DNA from: Negaprion brevirostris
Lineage: Eukaryota
Direction: 5' to 3'
DNA length: 60,680 nucleotides
Assembly: GCA_030324005.1 (NCBI GenBank)
Contig: JARDVH010000097.1
Location: 65,922,607 to 65,983,286 of the forward strand
Positions 12,605 through 25,129 of this stretch are shown one piece after another (positions within the stretch are counted from its first letter, which is position 1; every line of letters starts with the position of its first letter). The position numbers were made by a program, and so were the translations under genes. The notes beneath the pieces were generated by a model, which saw only the letters and a program-made list of their open reading frames with translations, was not told where the DNA came from and searched no databases.

Positions 12605-12838
12605 TATTTCAGAAACGGTGCTCTTGGGAGAAACAATGTGCCAATTATGAAATCTAATTGTTTGGATATGTATATACATTGAACGATATCACCCGTTTAA
12701 TATTTATCTATGTTTATTATCCAAATATCTATTTAGTCAAACCATTTGAAATTCTTTAATGCTGTGATTTTCTTTTGTTTTCAATACACTTTGAACAGTG
12801 AAATAACTGGGTGGTTCTCTTTTCAACTTCTCTGACAG

Positions 12839-12960
12839 GCAACAGCTCTGTCCCAGAGTTTTTCCGAATTATGAACAGACAATTCACAGACCACGAATGG
12901 AATATAATCAAAATGGCAGGTGACGAATGGGCACAATTGAACATGTTTTACAGACACTGG
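12839..12960 (+). CDS. AASDHPPT: AASDHPPT internal coding exon (equivalent to human exon 3), 122 nt, phase 1 to 0
   Basis: Acceptor ttctctgacAG, donor TGG|GTATGT. Translates (G)NSSVPEFFRIMNRQFTDHEWNIIKMAGDEWAQLNMFYRHW, matching the vertebrate AASDHPPT segment as I recall it (SIPEFFHIMKRKFT..EW..LDMFYRNW). Confidence 0.95.
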
Positions 12961-13049
12961 GTATGTTTCATTTAAAAGAGAACTGTTTTGTTTTAGCTAG
13001 TTACACACACATGTAGATACAGTTTTTCAGTTTATGGCTTTTAGATTAA

Positions 13050-13880
13050 AACTTACAGAATTGTTTCAGTGCAGAAAGAAGCCATTTGGCCTGTTATGTC
13101 TGCATCAGCTCTCTGAATGAGCAGTTACCCTATGTCACTCCTCACCTTCTCTCACTAACCCTGCACATTCTTCCTTTTCAAGTCATAATTCAATTCCTTC
13201 ACAAATGTCTCAATTGAACCTATCTCCACTACACACACAGACAGTGCATTCCAGATCCTAACCACATGCCATATGAAAAACTTATTTTCATGTTTCCTTT
13301 ACTACTTTTGCCAATTAATTGTAATCGGTTTCCTCTCATCACCAATGGGAGCGTTTTTCCTCATCTGCTACCCAGATCTCTCAAGTTTGAATACTTCTAT
13401 CAAATCTCCTCTCAGCCTTCTCTTTTCCGAGAAAAACAGTCCCAATTTTCCTGATCTAAGTAATTGAAGTTCCTCATCGCTGGAACCACTCTTGTGAATC
13501 TTTCTTGCACTTTATCTAATGCCTTCACTCCTTTCCTTAGTGAGGCGCTATCACTCCAATTGAGGCCAAATCAGTGTTTCATACAAGTTTAACATAGCCT
13601 TCTTGCTCTTATACTTTGTGTCTCTGTTAAAGTCTAAGATACCTTATACTTTTCTATGTGCTCTCTCAACCTGTCCTGCAACCATCAATAACTAATGCAC
13701 ATGTACAGCCAGGTCCCTCTGCTCCTGCACCCTTTCTAAAATTGTGCTCTTGATATTGTCTCTGTGTTCTTCTAATCAAAATTAATCACTGCATTGAATT
13801 TCATCTGCACTTGTCTGGTCATTCCATCAACCTGTCGATGGCCGTCTACACTATTCTCACAATGCTAATTTTCATATCAC
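13050..13880 (-). mobile_element. CR1 LINE 3' portion, degenerate
   Basis: Antisense CR1 3' UTR (gcagaaagaagccatttggcc) and ORF2 remnants. Confidence 0.75.
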
Positions 13881-14154
13881 CCTCAAAATAGATAATTAGT
13901 CATAATCTGTTTGAATGGATGGAGCAGGCTCAATTGGCCAAATGGCCCACTCCTGCTCCTCTTTCCTATGATACTTTGTTTAGAACACAGAATGAGGACA
14001 TCTAACCCATCATTTCTGAGTTGGATCATGCCTACAGATTTCCAAAATTAATCCCATTGTCCCATTCTCTTCTGTTGTTCTTTCTTTGCTTTAAATATTT
14101 AGCAAATCTAAGAAAAACCCAATAGCTTTCCCTCAACCACTCCTGTTCCAGTAA

Positions 14155-14351
14155 ATCTTTACCTGTTCTTAACCTTCTCTCTACTCACATTGTCTGTACT
14201 TGTAAAGACTTGATTACCTTTAAAACTTGCATTCCAACCATTATCTTGCAACCGAGGCTGTGTCTATATATGCCCTGTTTGTGAACCTAACTCTCCACTC
14301 ACCTGATGAAGGAGCAGAGCTCCAAAAGCTCATAATACCAAATCAACCTGT
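14155..14351 (+). mobile_element. Penelope-like element 3' end with decayed hammerhead core
   Basis: Close paralogue of 58900-59100. Contains CAC-CTGATGA-aGGAGC-aga-GCTCC-aAAA-GCTC. Confidence 0.65.
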
Positions 14352-15008
14352 NNNNNNNNNNNNNNNNNNNNNNNNNNNNNNNNNNNNNNNNNNNNNNNNN
14401 NNNNNNNNNNNNNNNNNNNNNNNNNNNNNNNNNNNNNNNNNNNNNNNNNNNNNNNNNNNNNNNNNNNNNNNNNNNNNNNNNNNNNNNNNNNNNNNNNNNN
14501 NNNNNNNNNNNNNNNNNNNNNNNNNNNNNNNNNNNNNNNNNNNNNNNNNNNNNNNNNNNNNNNNNNNNNNNNNNNNNNNNNNNNNNNNNNNNNNNNNNNN
14601 NNNNNNNNNNNNNNNNNNNNNNNNNNNNNNNNNNNNNNNNNNNNNNNNNNNNNNNNNNNNNNNNNNNNNNNNNNNNNNNNNNNNNNNNNNNNNNNNNNNN
14701 NNNNNNNNNNNNNNNNNNNNNNNNNNNNNNNNNNNNNNNNNNNNNNNNNNNNNNNNNNNNNNNNNNNNNNNNNNNNNNNNNNNNNNNNNNNNNNNNNNNN
14801 NNNNNNNNNNNNNNNNNNNNNNNNNNNNNNNNNNNNNNNNNNNNNNNNNNNNNNNNNNNNNNNNNNNNNNNNNNNNNNNNNNNNNNNNNNNNNNNNNNNN
14901 NNNNNNNNNNNNNNNNNNNNNNNNNNNNNNNNNNNNNNNNNNNNNNNNNNNNNNNNNNNNNNNNNNNNNNNNNNNNNNNNNNNNNNNNNNNNNNNNNNNN
15001 NNNNNNNN

Positions 15009-15377
15009 AAAATAATGAGGGGCATAGACAAGGTAGATAGTCAATATCTTTTCCCAAAGGTAGGGCAGTCTAAAACTAGAGGGCACAGGTTTAAGATGTG
15101 AGGAGAGCGATACAAAAGTGTCCAGAGGGGCAATCTTTTCGCACAGAGGGTGGTGAGTGTCTGGAACAAGCTTCCAGAGGTAGTAGTAGAGGTGGGCACA
15201 GTTTTATCTTTTAAAAAGCATTTAGATAGTTACATAAATAAGATGGGTATAGAGGGATATGGGCCAAATGTGGGCAATTAGGATTAGCTTAAGGGTTTTA
15301 ATAAAAAGGGTGGCATGGGCAGGTTGGGCCGAAGGGTCTGTTTGCATGTTGTAAACCTCTATGATTCTATGACTCTA
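15009..15377 (+). mobile_element. CR1 LINE 3' end (young)
   Basis: KIMRGIDKVDSQYLFP..FKKHLD, ending in ctatgattctatgactcta. Same family as 58225-58668. Confidence 0.9.
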
Positions 15378-16179
15378 AGTGACTCCCCACTCGGAAGAAG
15401 AATTTTTCCCTGTCTGCCCTATCAAAATCCTCAAAATTAATAAAGAGTTCCAGTGGGAGTTGTCTCAGTATCTCATGTTTCTCTTCATAATTCACGTTCC
15501 TAGGGTGAGTTTACCCAGTATACTGTTTCTGGCTTTGATGTCTTCTCTATAATGAGACACTATACTGATTGCCCACCATTCTATTAATTTATTATGCTTG
15601 TATTTATGTCCTCTTTTGTGACTGGACTTCTAACCAGCCCAATTAACATTATGCTTGGGCTCTATGTAATAGGATTCTGATTTATGTTGATTAATGAGTC
15701 ACCTCCCAACATGCAATGGCAGTTGGCTGGTTTTTTGGCAGCTGTGCTGTAGTATGTCAAAGTTGACTATTTTGACTGCCCACTTTCTCCATTGGGTGAG
15801 TTGTGATCAAATCAGAGCTATATTTACTACAACACTGTTTAAAAAAAAACTTTACATCAAGCTACAATGTTAAACTACTCATAAAGAGCGACTAGCCTAT
15901 TAACATGACAAATGCTGACTGTTATAAAATTACTTCCATTTTAATTTCTTGGAATGTGTTAGTCTGCTAGTTCTCTTTGGTTGGGACCATGATTTTCCTC
16001 ATCTAACCTGACACTTCTCTTTTGGATTCTAGATTACTATTGACTGTACAGCAGGCTCTACAATCCCAGGTGTCAGATCTATTGAGCTGTGATCTGTACA
16101 GTACCAATATGAAAAATCTTCTAATCGTATTCCAAAAATTCTGCCTACCATGCTGTTAGTGTCCCATGACACTTTTGCT

Positions 16180-16660
16180 GTCCCACTCTAAATTAGAGAT
16201 ATTAAATTCCCTCATTATAACTACTTTATAATTCTTGTATCTCTCTGTAATTTCCTTGTGAATTTGTCATAGAATCATAGGAACTCTATATCTATAGAAC
16301 CTCTATATCTTTTCTGCTAGGTATAGTATATGCAGCAATGTAATGCTGTGTCTGTTGTTTCTTAGCTCTAATCAAATAGATTCTATTCTTGACCCCTCTA
16401 GACATGTTCTCCGTAATCGTCTTTCTTTCTCATCTTTTCTATACACCTTGCATCCAAGAGTATTTAGTATCCAGTCCTGCCTTTCTTTGAACCAGTTCTC
16501 CGTTATCACCACAACATCATATTCTCAAGTGATTGTCTGTGCCTGCAACTCATTAATCCAATTTACCACACCCTGTGCATTCACACATATGTACATTAAA
16601 CCTAATTTAAACCATATTGTATTCCCTTTTACTCTGACCTTTCCTGTTATCTTACTGTTT
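16180..16660 (-). mobile_element. CR1 endonuclease-region fragment
   Basis: Minus strand KEITERYKNYKVVIMREFN..LEW resembles the APE MGDFN motif. Confidence 0.55.
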
Positions 16661-17039
16661 CTTACTGTAGTGTTATTTGTTCTTGGGTGAACTTTGTTTT
16701 ATCTGATTATCTCCTGACGCAGTTACTTAAACCCAGTTAGAGGGTGCTAAAGGTTCATATGGAACATAAACTCCAGCATGGATCATTTAGACTAAATGAC
16801 CTGTATTTGTGCAGAAACTATGTAATTCTATTATACTGGATATTGTGGCTGATTTTCTAGGTATTACTTAAATATTGATATTAAAATAACTAATCACTTT
16901 GTTTATGTACTTCTATATCATGCTAAATAGTTTCATGCTTCTATAAGATGCATTTTACTGTCAAAGTTTATTTATATGAAATTAATTTTCAATTTGGAAA
17001 ATACCCAATATTTCCAAGTTTCGATTCTTTGCTTTCCAG

Positions 17040-17201
17040 GCATTGAAAGAAAGCTTTTTAAAGGCAATAGGAGTTGGAGTAGGATTTAGCCTACAGAGAA
17101 TCGAGTTCCATGTATCACCATTACATATGCGAGTAGGGCAGACCTCTAAGGAAACTATCATGTTTTTGGATGGAGACCAAGAAGAAGAATGGACATTTGA
17201 G
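17040..17201 (+). CDS. AASDHPPT: AASDHPPT internal coding exon (equivalent to human exon 4), 162 nt
   Basis: Acceptor ttctttgctttccAG, donor GAG|GTAAGA. Translates ALKESFLKAIGVGVGFSLQRIEFHVSPLHMRVGQTSKETIMFLDGDQEEEWTFE and completes the PPTase W-x-x-K-E-S-x-x-K catalytic motif across the exon junction. Confidence 0.96.
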
Positions 17202-17716
17202 GTAAGATTGCATAATATAGATTAAACAAAGTAATATGACTTACTAATAATCAACTTGTTGAAGATCCTTGCTAATCCTGACTATTTTCTTGAGAGAGTG
17301 AGGAATGGAAGATTTTGAGAATTTACACCCACTTTGTGTGGTCTCTCCTGAGATCAATGATCTGTAATTGGTGTCTCGAATGACCTTTTACCATTCCTGA
17401 TTGCCTATAGAAGTATGGTTAACTTCAGCTACAAATTCAACTCATCCAAAGTTCTGCAACTTGTTTCCTATTTTGCATGAAGTCCCACACTTCACACATC
17501 TCCTTACTCATTTACACTGACTCCCTNNNNNNNNNNNNNNNNNNNNNNNNNNNNNNNNNNNNNNNNNNNNNNNNNNNNNNNNNNNNNNNNNNNNNNNNNN
17601 NNNNNNNNNNNNNNNNNNNNNNNNNNCTTACTCATTTACACTGACTCCCTGGCATCCAACACTACAAATTTAAGTTATCATTGTCCTTAAATCCCTCCTT
17701 AATCTCAATCAAATTC

Positions 17717-18122
17717 GGGCAGAATTTTCCCATAATTTGTCAGTGTGTCAGGCCTGACTCAAAACTGGCATGTATTTCTCTAGAAGCACAACCGAGTTTT
17801 CAGATCAGATCCAGAACCACTCTGACAAAACCAAATCTGCAGGCATGCGGGGCCTGATAGAGATCAAGGCACCATTTTTAAAGGGTGCAAAAGGTCAGCA
17901 CTAAAGTTAAATTTGCCCCCTGCCCCCACCACAGAGATATCAGGAGCTCTGTCATGTCGGCAAGGTTTGAATATTTAGAGGGAGGTGGGGAGGGTTCAGT
18001 AATTATGTTAAAATGTATGTAAAAACATTAAAATTATGTTCTCGCCCTTTGTGGACATGAGTCACTGGGGAGGGGCTTAGGAAATGCGATCTTGCCAGCT
18101 AATCCAGGCTGAAAATTGCCCC
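17717..18122. mobile_element. Harbinger-type MITE
   Basis: Short TIRs gggcagaattttc ... gaaaattgcccc, inserted in older L2-like sequence. Confidence 0.5.
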
Positions 18123-18509
18123 TTATATCTGTAACCTCCAGCCTTGAAAGCTCCTTTTCCAAAACTCACTCTTCCTCCAAGTGCTGGGTCGCTGGCCTTC
18201 CCTCCTTTCGCCTCACCATTAATGACAGTACTTTCAGCTGTCTACAAATTCCTTCCTTAAACCTCCATCTTGCTACCACCTCAGCTCTTTAAAAATCATC
18301 TCATCGATCAAATTTAAAACTAATCCTCCTGCTATCTCTTTAGTTGGTTTCTGTGAAAAGGTTTGGGATGCTTTTCAACATTCGATAATCTATTAAATAC
18401 AATTTATTAAACTGCAATATATTTAAATCAAATGAATTTAAATCAAAATTCCTTTGCTTACTTAGTGCACAAAAGTGGAACTTTTAGACGCTTAATAAAT
18501 CTGACATAT

Positions 18510-18840
18510 CACTAATATGCTATCCAGTGATGCACTATAGAAATATTGTTATGATCTCAGTTTGTGCACAGCAAGTTCCCTCAACAGCAATGACCAGATA
18601 ATCTATTTCATTGATATCCACGAGAAGGATAAGTATTGGTCTGTGAAGCAAATTCCTTTCTTTTCTTTGAGAAGTGTCAAGTATCTGCTACATCTGCCTG
18701 AATGCATTAAGATCTCATCCAAAAAAGAGTGCTGACAGCGCAGCAACCCTGCCGCACTGCATTGATCACATGCTTGGAGACTTGAACACAAAAAGTTCTG
18801 AGTCAGAAGTTAGAGTGCTCTGCTGAGCCACAGCTGACAC
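18510..18840 (-). mobile_element. Deu-domain SINE
   Basis: Antisense core gcacagcaagttccc.aacagcaatga and antisense tRNA-like head ttctgagtcaga..ctgagccacagctgac. Confidence 0.6.
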
Positions 18841-19489
18841 AGTCATATTGAAAGTTAGTTAAATATAATGGCGAGAAAGAAAATGTGCACAGAGCTATCA
18901 TCTTGTGTTAATGTCAGGAGACCAGCTGTTCTGCAGGAAAAACACTGCCATGCAGAAAATATAATTTACGTTCGCTAGTAATAAACTGTGACAATTTAGA
19001 TATATTTAGTCTTCCTGTGTTGACATTTCCCATTTCCTACCTATTTTAGTTAGCAATTACTGGCACCCTTACAGTATTGTATGGCAAAAAATGCTGTGTG
19101 TCGTTCATAACGTTTGTCAGCAAACTACTTGTAACTAAATAAATCTTACATTTTTCTTTCTATATAAATCAAAGTTTTCAGGATGAAGACATTTATCTTT
19201 ATCGATTAGGTTTGATTGCACATTCCAATGTGAATGGTTATATTAATTACAGGAAATATGAAAAGTCTGTTTTGGATTTAGTTTTCATAACGTAAGAGAT
19301 TTTTATAGAAATTTAGAATATTCACTGCAAATCCTGTATTTGTTTATTCTTGAAAGTGATTATGCTTGAGCTTGAGTGTTTTCAAAGTCATGTCTATATC
19401 AGTTCAAGGTGTAATAAAGGAAAATACTATAGAAGCTGGAAAAACTCAACAGGTCAGAAGACTCTTAGTTGACTCAAAACATTGGTTTT

Positions 19490-20070
19490 GAGTCCTGGTC
19501 CCCCCATGCTGACAGTATAGTTAAGAAAGCCCACCAACACCTTTACTTTCTCAGAAGACTAAGGAAACTTGGCATGTCAGCTACAACTCTCACTTTACAG
19601 ATGCACCATAGCAAGCATTCTTCCTGTTTGTATCACAGCTTGGTAGGTTCCTGCTATCCCCAAGACCACAAGAAACTACAAAAGGTTATGAATGTAGCCT
19701 AATACATCACGCAAACCAGTTTCCCACCCATTGACTCTATCCAACTTCCCGCTGCCTTGGCAAAGCAGGGACCCCATACACCCAGACATTCCCTTTTTCA
19801 CTTTTTTCCATCAGGAAAAAGATGAAAAAGTCTGAGGTCACATAACAACCGACTCGAGAATAGTTTCTTTCCTGCTGCCATCAGACTTTTGAATAGACCT
19901 ACCTTGCATTAAGTTAATCTTTCTCTCCACCCTAGCTGTGACTGTAATACTATATTCTGCACACTCTTGTTCCCTTCTTTACGAACGGTATGCTTTGTCT
20001 GTATAGCACGCAAGAAACAATACTTTTTAATATATGCTAATACATGTGACAATAATGAATTAAACCAAAA
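19490..20070 (+). mobile_element. Rex1/Babar-type LINE 3' end
   Basis: VKKAHQHLYFLRRLRKLGM..QDHKKLQKV; 3' UTR shared with 59271-59478. Confidence 0.8.
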
Positions 20071-21109
20071 TATTAACTCCATTTCTCTTGCTGCCAGATG
20101 CTGCCAAAGCTATTTCAATTCAAGGTGTATTAGATACTATAACAATTGCAGAATGTTCTCAAAATGGTCAAAAGTATTAATCAGCATGAATATCACTACA
20201 AATATGCAACTTGCTCTCAAAATGAATCTCAATGACAGCAGTTGCTTTGAGTCATTGAGTGGTGTTCCATGTTTCATGTCGATTAATATTAGCTACTAAA
20301 ACAGAGTCCTTGTGCGGTATACCCAGAATCAGTGGTTTAAAAAATCCACCTTGAATTTACACGGAGCTGCAAGTCCCAGTCCCAAACAGAATTGCGGAAA
20401 CCACACTGTTTGTGTTAGCCAGCCACAAGATAAACAAAAGCCCCCTGTTTGTTCATTTCACACAGTAGAAACCAAGTGTTTCTATTATTATCACAATTGA
20501 AGTCCGCTGTTCATTTATCTATTTCCAGATACCTGATTTTAATTCCGTTTCCTTACTTTTAAAACTTAAATCCCCACTAAAAGTTATACTCGTAAAATGT
20601 TGTGATCATGAAATTAGATGATTGCTTTTTATTTAATTATTTTGCTGTGTAATGCACCCATCAATTCACCAACTCTATTTTTCAGCCATTTTGACAGATT
20701 TATCCCCAATTTTGTTCATTTCGCAATGCCATTGCGAACTTGCTGTAATTTATTTAGTGCAGTCTCTCCCTAATCTGTATAATACTTTTATGGTTTTGAG
20801 CCTGTTGTAGGCATTTTCTTGTGTTGAGACACTCCTTTCAGTGTCTTTCTTTTTTAAAAGATGCCTAAATTGCAATGTATCTATTTGATTGGTAGAATAA
20901 CTTGGAGATTGAATAATAAAATTTCCTGTCTGTCCAATTGGAAATTCATGCCCTTGTGCACATTTCTATTGAATCTCTCCAAAGATAGATTGTATTATCA
21001 TTAAAAAAAACAATATTTACATCAAATTTTAAGCTGCCTTCTTCCACAGTGAAGTATAATCAGAGTTTCTCAGTAAAATAGTATTCAGTATAACAAAGAC
21101 TATAGATCC

Positions 21110-22550
21110 CTGACAATATCCTGGCTATACGCTGAAGACTCCTGCTCCAGAACTATCTTCACCTCTAACTAAGGATACCATACTCCCCAACATTCCTAAG
21201 GAATATAAGAAATTCTTCCTTGAAGACTTCAATGCCTGGGTTGGAAAGGATTCCTAACGCTGAAAAGGAACCATTGGAGAGGGGGGAGTTGAGAACTGTA
21301 ATTTCAGTGGAGTTCTCCTGCTCACCAAATGCTCGGAACACCAGCTTGCCATCACTAACACACAGTTCGGTCAAAATTGACAAGTTCAAGACTTTCTGGA
21401 GACATCCACAATCAAAGTATTAGNNNNNNNNNNNNNNNNNNNCCATCTGATCCCGAGATCAAAAGGATGCCTTCAACACCAAAATGATGACCAGTGCAGA
21501 TAACTGTTGGACAGACCACAGCTCATCCGCTCCTCTGTGTCTATCAAGTATCACCAGAAGCAATGGGGAATGAAGAAACAGCTCAGAAAAAAGATTAATG
21601 TTGAGCAGCTTCAAGAGTCAGGCATGTTAGTGAACTTCCAACAATGTCTTCGCCAAAATGTCCAAAGTGTTAATTTTAATGGAGTGGAGGAAAACTGTAA
21701 AGGGCTGAAAACAGCCATCATTTCGAGCTATGAAGAAACCATCAACCACAAGACCAGGAAACAGCTATACACTTACAAACCTCCACACCATCAGAAGGCT
21801 TTGGAGAGAGACTGCAGAAAAGGTTTACCAGGATGTTACCTGGTATTAACTATTAGGGGAGATTGAATAAACTGGGATTGTTTTTCTTGGAGAGACGGAG
21901 GCTGAGGAACGACCTGATCGAAGTTTATAAAATTATGAGGGGGAAGAAAGAGTGAACAGTTGGAAGCTTTTTCCCTGGGCAGAAATGACAATCATGAGGA
22001 GACACAAGTTCAAGGTAAAGTGGGAAAGGTTCAGTGGAAATGTGTGGGGTAAGTTTTTTATGCAGAGAGTGGTGGAGCCTGGAATGCACTGCCAAGTGAG
22101 GTGGTTGAGGCAAATAAGCTAGCAACATTTAAGACTTATCTGGATAGACATATAAACAGATAGGGAATAGAGGGATGCAGGCGGTTGGTCTGGATAGGAC
22201 AACATAATCAGTGTTGGAGGGCCGAAGAGCCTGTTCCTATGCTGTACCGTTCTTGCCCTTCATTGATCTGACCAAGGCTTTTGACTCATCAATCGGGAAG
22301 TGCTACGAACAACTCTGTCAAAGTCCAGTTGTCCAGAGAAATTCATCAATGTTCTCCGACTCCTCCACAACAAGATGTCAGCAACAGTCCTCACCAATGG
22401 AAATAAGACAAAAGCTTTCAAGGTCAAGCAGGAATGCTCCATCACCCCCACACTTATTTTTTCCACCTTCATCACCATCATCCTTCACCTTGTCAAGGAC
22501 AGGCTTCCGAGTGGAGTGTACATCATCTACAGGATGAAAACTTGTCAACC
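21110..22550 (+). mobile_element. RTE-clade LINE remnant interrupted by a CR1 insertion
   Basis: KTFWRHPQSK (RTE endonuclease region) and FIDLTKAFDS..CPEKFINVLRLLH..VKQ.C (RT). Confidence 0.8.
21795..22253 (+). mobile_element. CR1 3' end nested in the RTE remnant
   Basis: ALER..RFTRMLPG..LGLFSLE..LIEVYKIMRG and 3' tail gggccgaagagcctgttcctatgctgt. Confidence 0.85.
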
Positions 22551-22647
22551 TCAACCGGTTCTTTGCAGAGTTTTTTTATTCTTTCACAGATGTGGGCATC
22601 ATTGACTAGACTAGTAGCTATTGGCCATCCCTAATTGTCCTTGATCT

Positions 22648-23135
22648 TGTGATGAGCCTGTGTTACTTATTTGGATGCTAGTGAAAGGACCTCAAGAAAT
22701 CCCATACCTGAGAAAACATTGCAGGGACACTGCAGAGAATCAAAATGAATTCCTGAAAGCTATGGTACACCTTGGTTTGGTCCCAAGAGAAGTGAAGGAA
22801 CCCTTAAGATCCTTTCATGCACAGGGATGCTCTTGAATAAAACAAGGAGTAATCCTGTTAAGATTTTCAAGTTTAAGGTATGGGTTCATGAAAAATACTA
22901 TTAAGTTGCTACTTTGTTTAACTTTTGTGTAATAAATTTTGTTGATTAAAACTTGAAACCTTGTGGCAAAATTCTTTCAGTTAATAATTGGAAGTTTGAA
23001 TTTTTTTTTAAGAATTTAGTGCTCTCCCTTCAATTTATAATGGTGTTATCAAGCGGCACTTACCCAGCAATAATCAGCTTATTCATGGTTAGTTTGGGTT
23101 CTGCTGGGGGGCACTGGGTTCCAGATCTCATTACA
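22648..23135 (+). mobile_element. Possible solo LTR
   Basis: TGT...ACA termini with internal AATAAA. No clear TSD. Confidence 0.25.
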
Positions 23136-23189
23136 GCATAATTCCAAACGTGGACAAAAGAATTGAATTCCAGAGATGAGGAAAGAGTG

Positions 23190-24450
23190 AATACTCTTGA
23201 CATCAAGTCAGCATTTGACCAAATGTAGGATCAAGGAAGCGGAGCAAAATTGAAGATAGTGAAACTTCTGGTCATATCTAGCATGAAGGATGATGACTGT
23301 GGGTTGTTGGAGGCCAATCATCTCAGTCCCAGGATATCACTGTAGAAATGCCACAGGCAATGTTCTTGGTACAGCCATTGTCAGCAGCTTCATCGAAATG
23401 TCCTTCTCTCCACTATAAGATGAGAAGTGGCAATAATTGCACATGTTCAGTATCATTTGAGACTCACTATATTCTGAAGCAGTCCATGTCCACATGCAAC
23501 AAACTTGGTGCAACATTCAGGCTTTTGCTGATAAATGGCAAGAAACATCCGTGCCACTCAAGTGTCAGGCAATTAACACCTCTAACCAGGGGGAATCTAA
23601 CCATCCACCACTCAATATCCTAGGTGTTACCATTAATCAGAAACATGAATTCCATTTGACATATCACCTGAAGAACAACGTTTACTGCAATATAGCTTCT
23701 CTGCAGTATTGTGCCATGCAGCCTAGCATATACACTTTGATTAATGCCTGGTGTTGATTTTTTTCATTTAACAACAAATGAAGGAAAATATAACCCAAAC
23801 CCTGCAAATTGACCATTTATTACCGAGTCTCAGAACATGGTACATGAAGATTTATAGATCTGAATCTTATAAATATTGTGACTGCAAGAGCAAGTCAGAA
23901 GCCAGGAGTTCTGTGACAAATGATTCACCTCCTGACTCCCCAAAGCCTGTCCATCATCTACAAGTCAGGAGTGTATTGGAATTCTTTCCACTTGCTTGGG
24001 TAAGTACCATTCCAACAACGCTGAATAAGCTTGACACCACCAGGACAAAGCGACCTGCTTGACTAACACCATGTCCATTACATTCACTCACTCACATAAT
24101 GGCAGCAGCGTATATCATCCATAAAATCCACTGCCGCAACTCACTAAGGATCATTTGACAGCACTTTTCAAAGCTGTAACCCCTAACACCCAGAAGGATA
24201 AGGACAGGAGATGCATGGAAACACTGCCACCTGCAAATTCCCCTTACTTGGAAGTATATCACTGTTCCTATACCACTACTAGGTCAAATTCCTGGTACTC
24301 CCTTGCTAACAGCACTGTGGATGCACCTACACCAAATGGATTGTATTGGATTAAGAAGGGTGGCTTTCCACCACCTTCTTAAAGGCAATTAGGGTTGGGC
24401 AACAAATGCTAACTCTCCTAGTAAAGCTCACATCCCATGAAAAAAATAAA
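23190..24450 (+). mobile_element. CR1/L2-group LINE (family B), deleted and interrupted at ~23655-23865
   Basis: QVRSVLEFFPLAW..TTLNKLDT; tail ggcaattagggttgggcaacaaatgct..catcccatgaaaaaaataaaa. Confidence 0.75.
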
Positions 24451-25129
24451 AACGTACCATTTATTTCGATCAGATTTGACAATAAGTGACACTTAAAGTG
24501 AATCACCTTATCTTAAGAAACTGGTTTTCCTGTGTTATATAAATACAAGTTGTTGTTTTTGTCCTTTAACCTTTCTCTTTACCTTCAGCAAAAAGCTGAT
24601 TACTCGCTTGCTGGTGAAAAATTACATAATTTCCTGTCCGTACCTTAAGTCATTTTTCTCTGCCAGCTGTGTGCTAGCCACTAAAGCTGCTGATCACATC
24701 TGCTTGGATGTTGTAACCTCTTTCCCCACCTCCCAGCATGCTCCATGCAAGAAGGCAATGAATCCCTGTGGTGCAAATCTATACTGGAAAATATTTTAAT
24801 GAAATATGTTCTGAGTTCATCCACCTAAACACTGCATTTTATTTCTGAATCATATCCCAGTATGACGTTGTCCTGAGAAATTCATCCCTTTGAAGTAAGT
24901 TTCAACTTTGAAGCAAGCTGCAGAAATGATTCTGTTCTGGATCTATTGCATGGGAAAATGGAAAATACTAGAACTGTGACAGCTGCTTTAAAATAATAAA
25001 TAGTGCATTTTTATTTAATTCATTTTGCTGTTTTATTACCAACTGCCTTGACCTATGTTTCCTCTTTTCTGTATTCTATCCTAACTTCTCACCAATCGGT
25101 CATCAACTCCCTGCCCCCTCTTTTCCCCT

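Noticed and set aside
14227-15086. The longest ORFs in the track (233-262 aa) and other X-rich ORFs
   Set aside because: They are open only because they run through N gaps.
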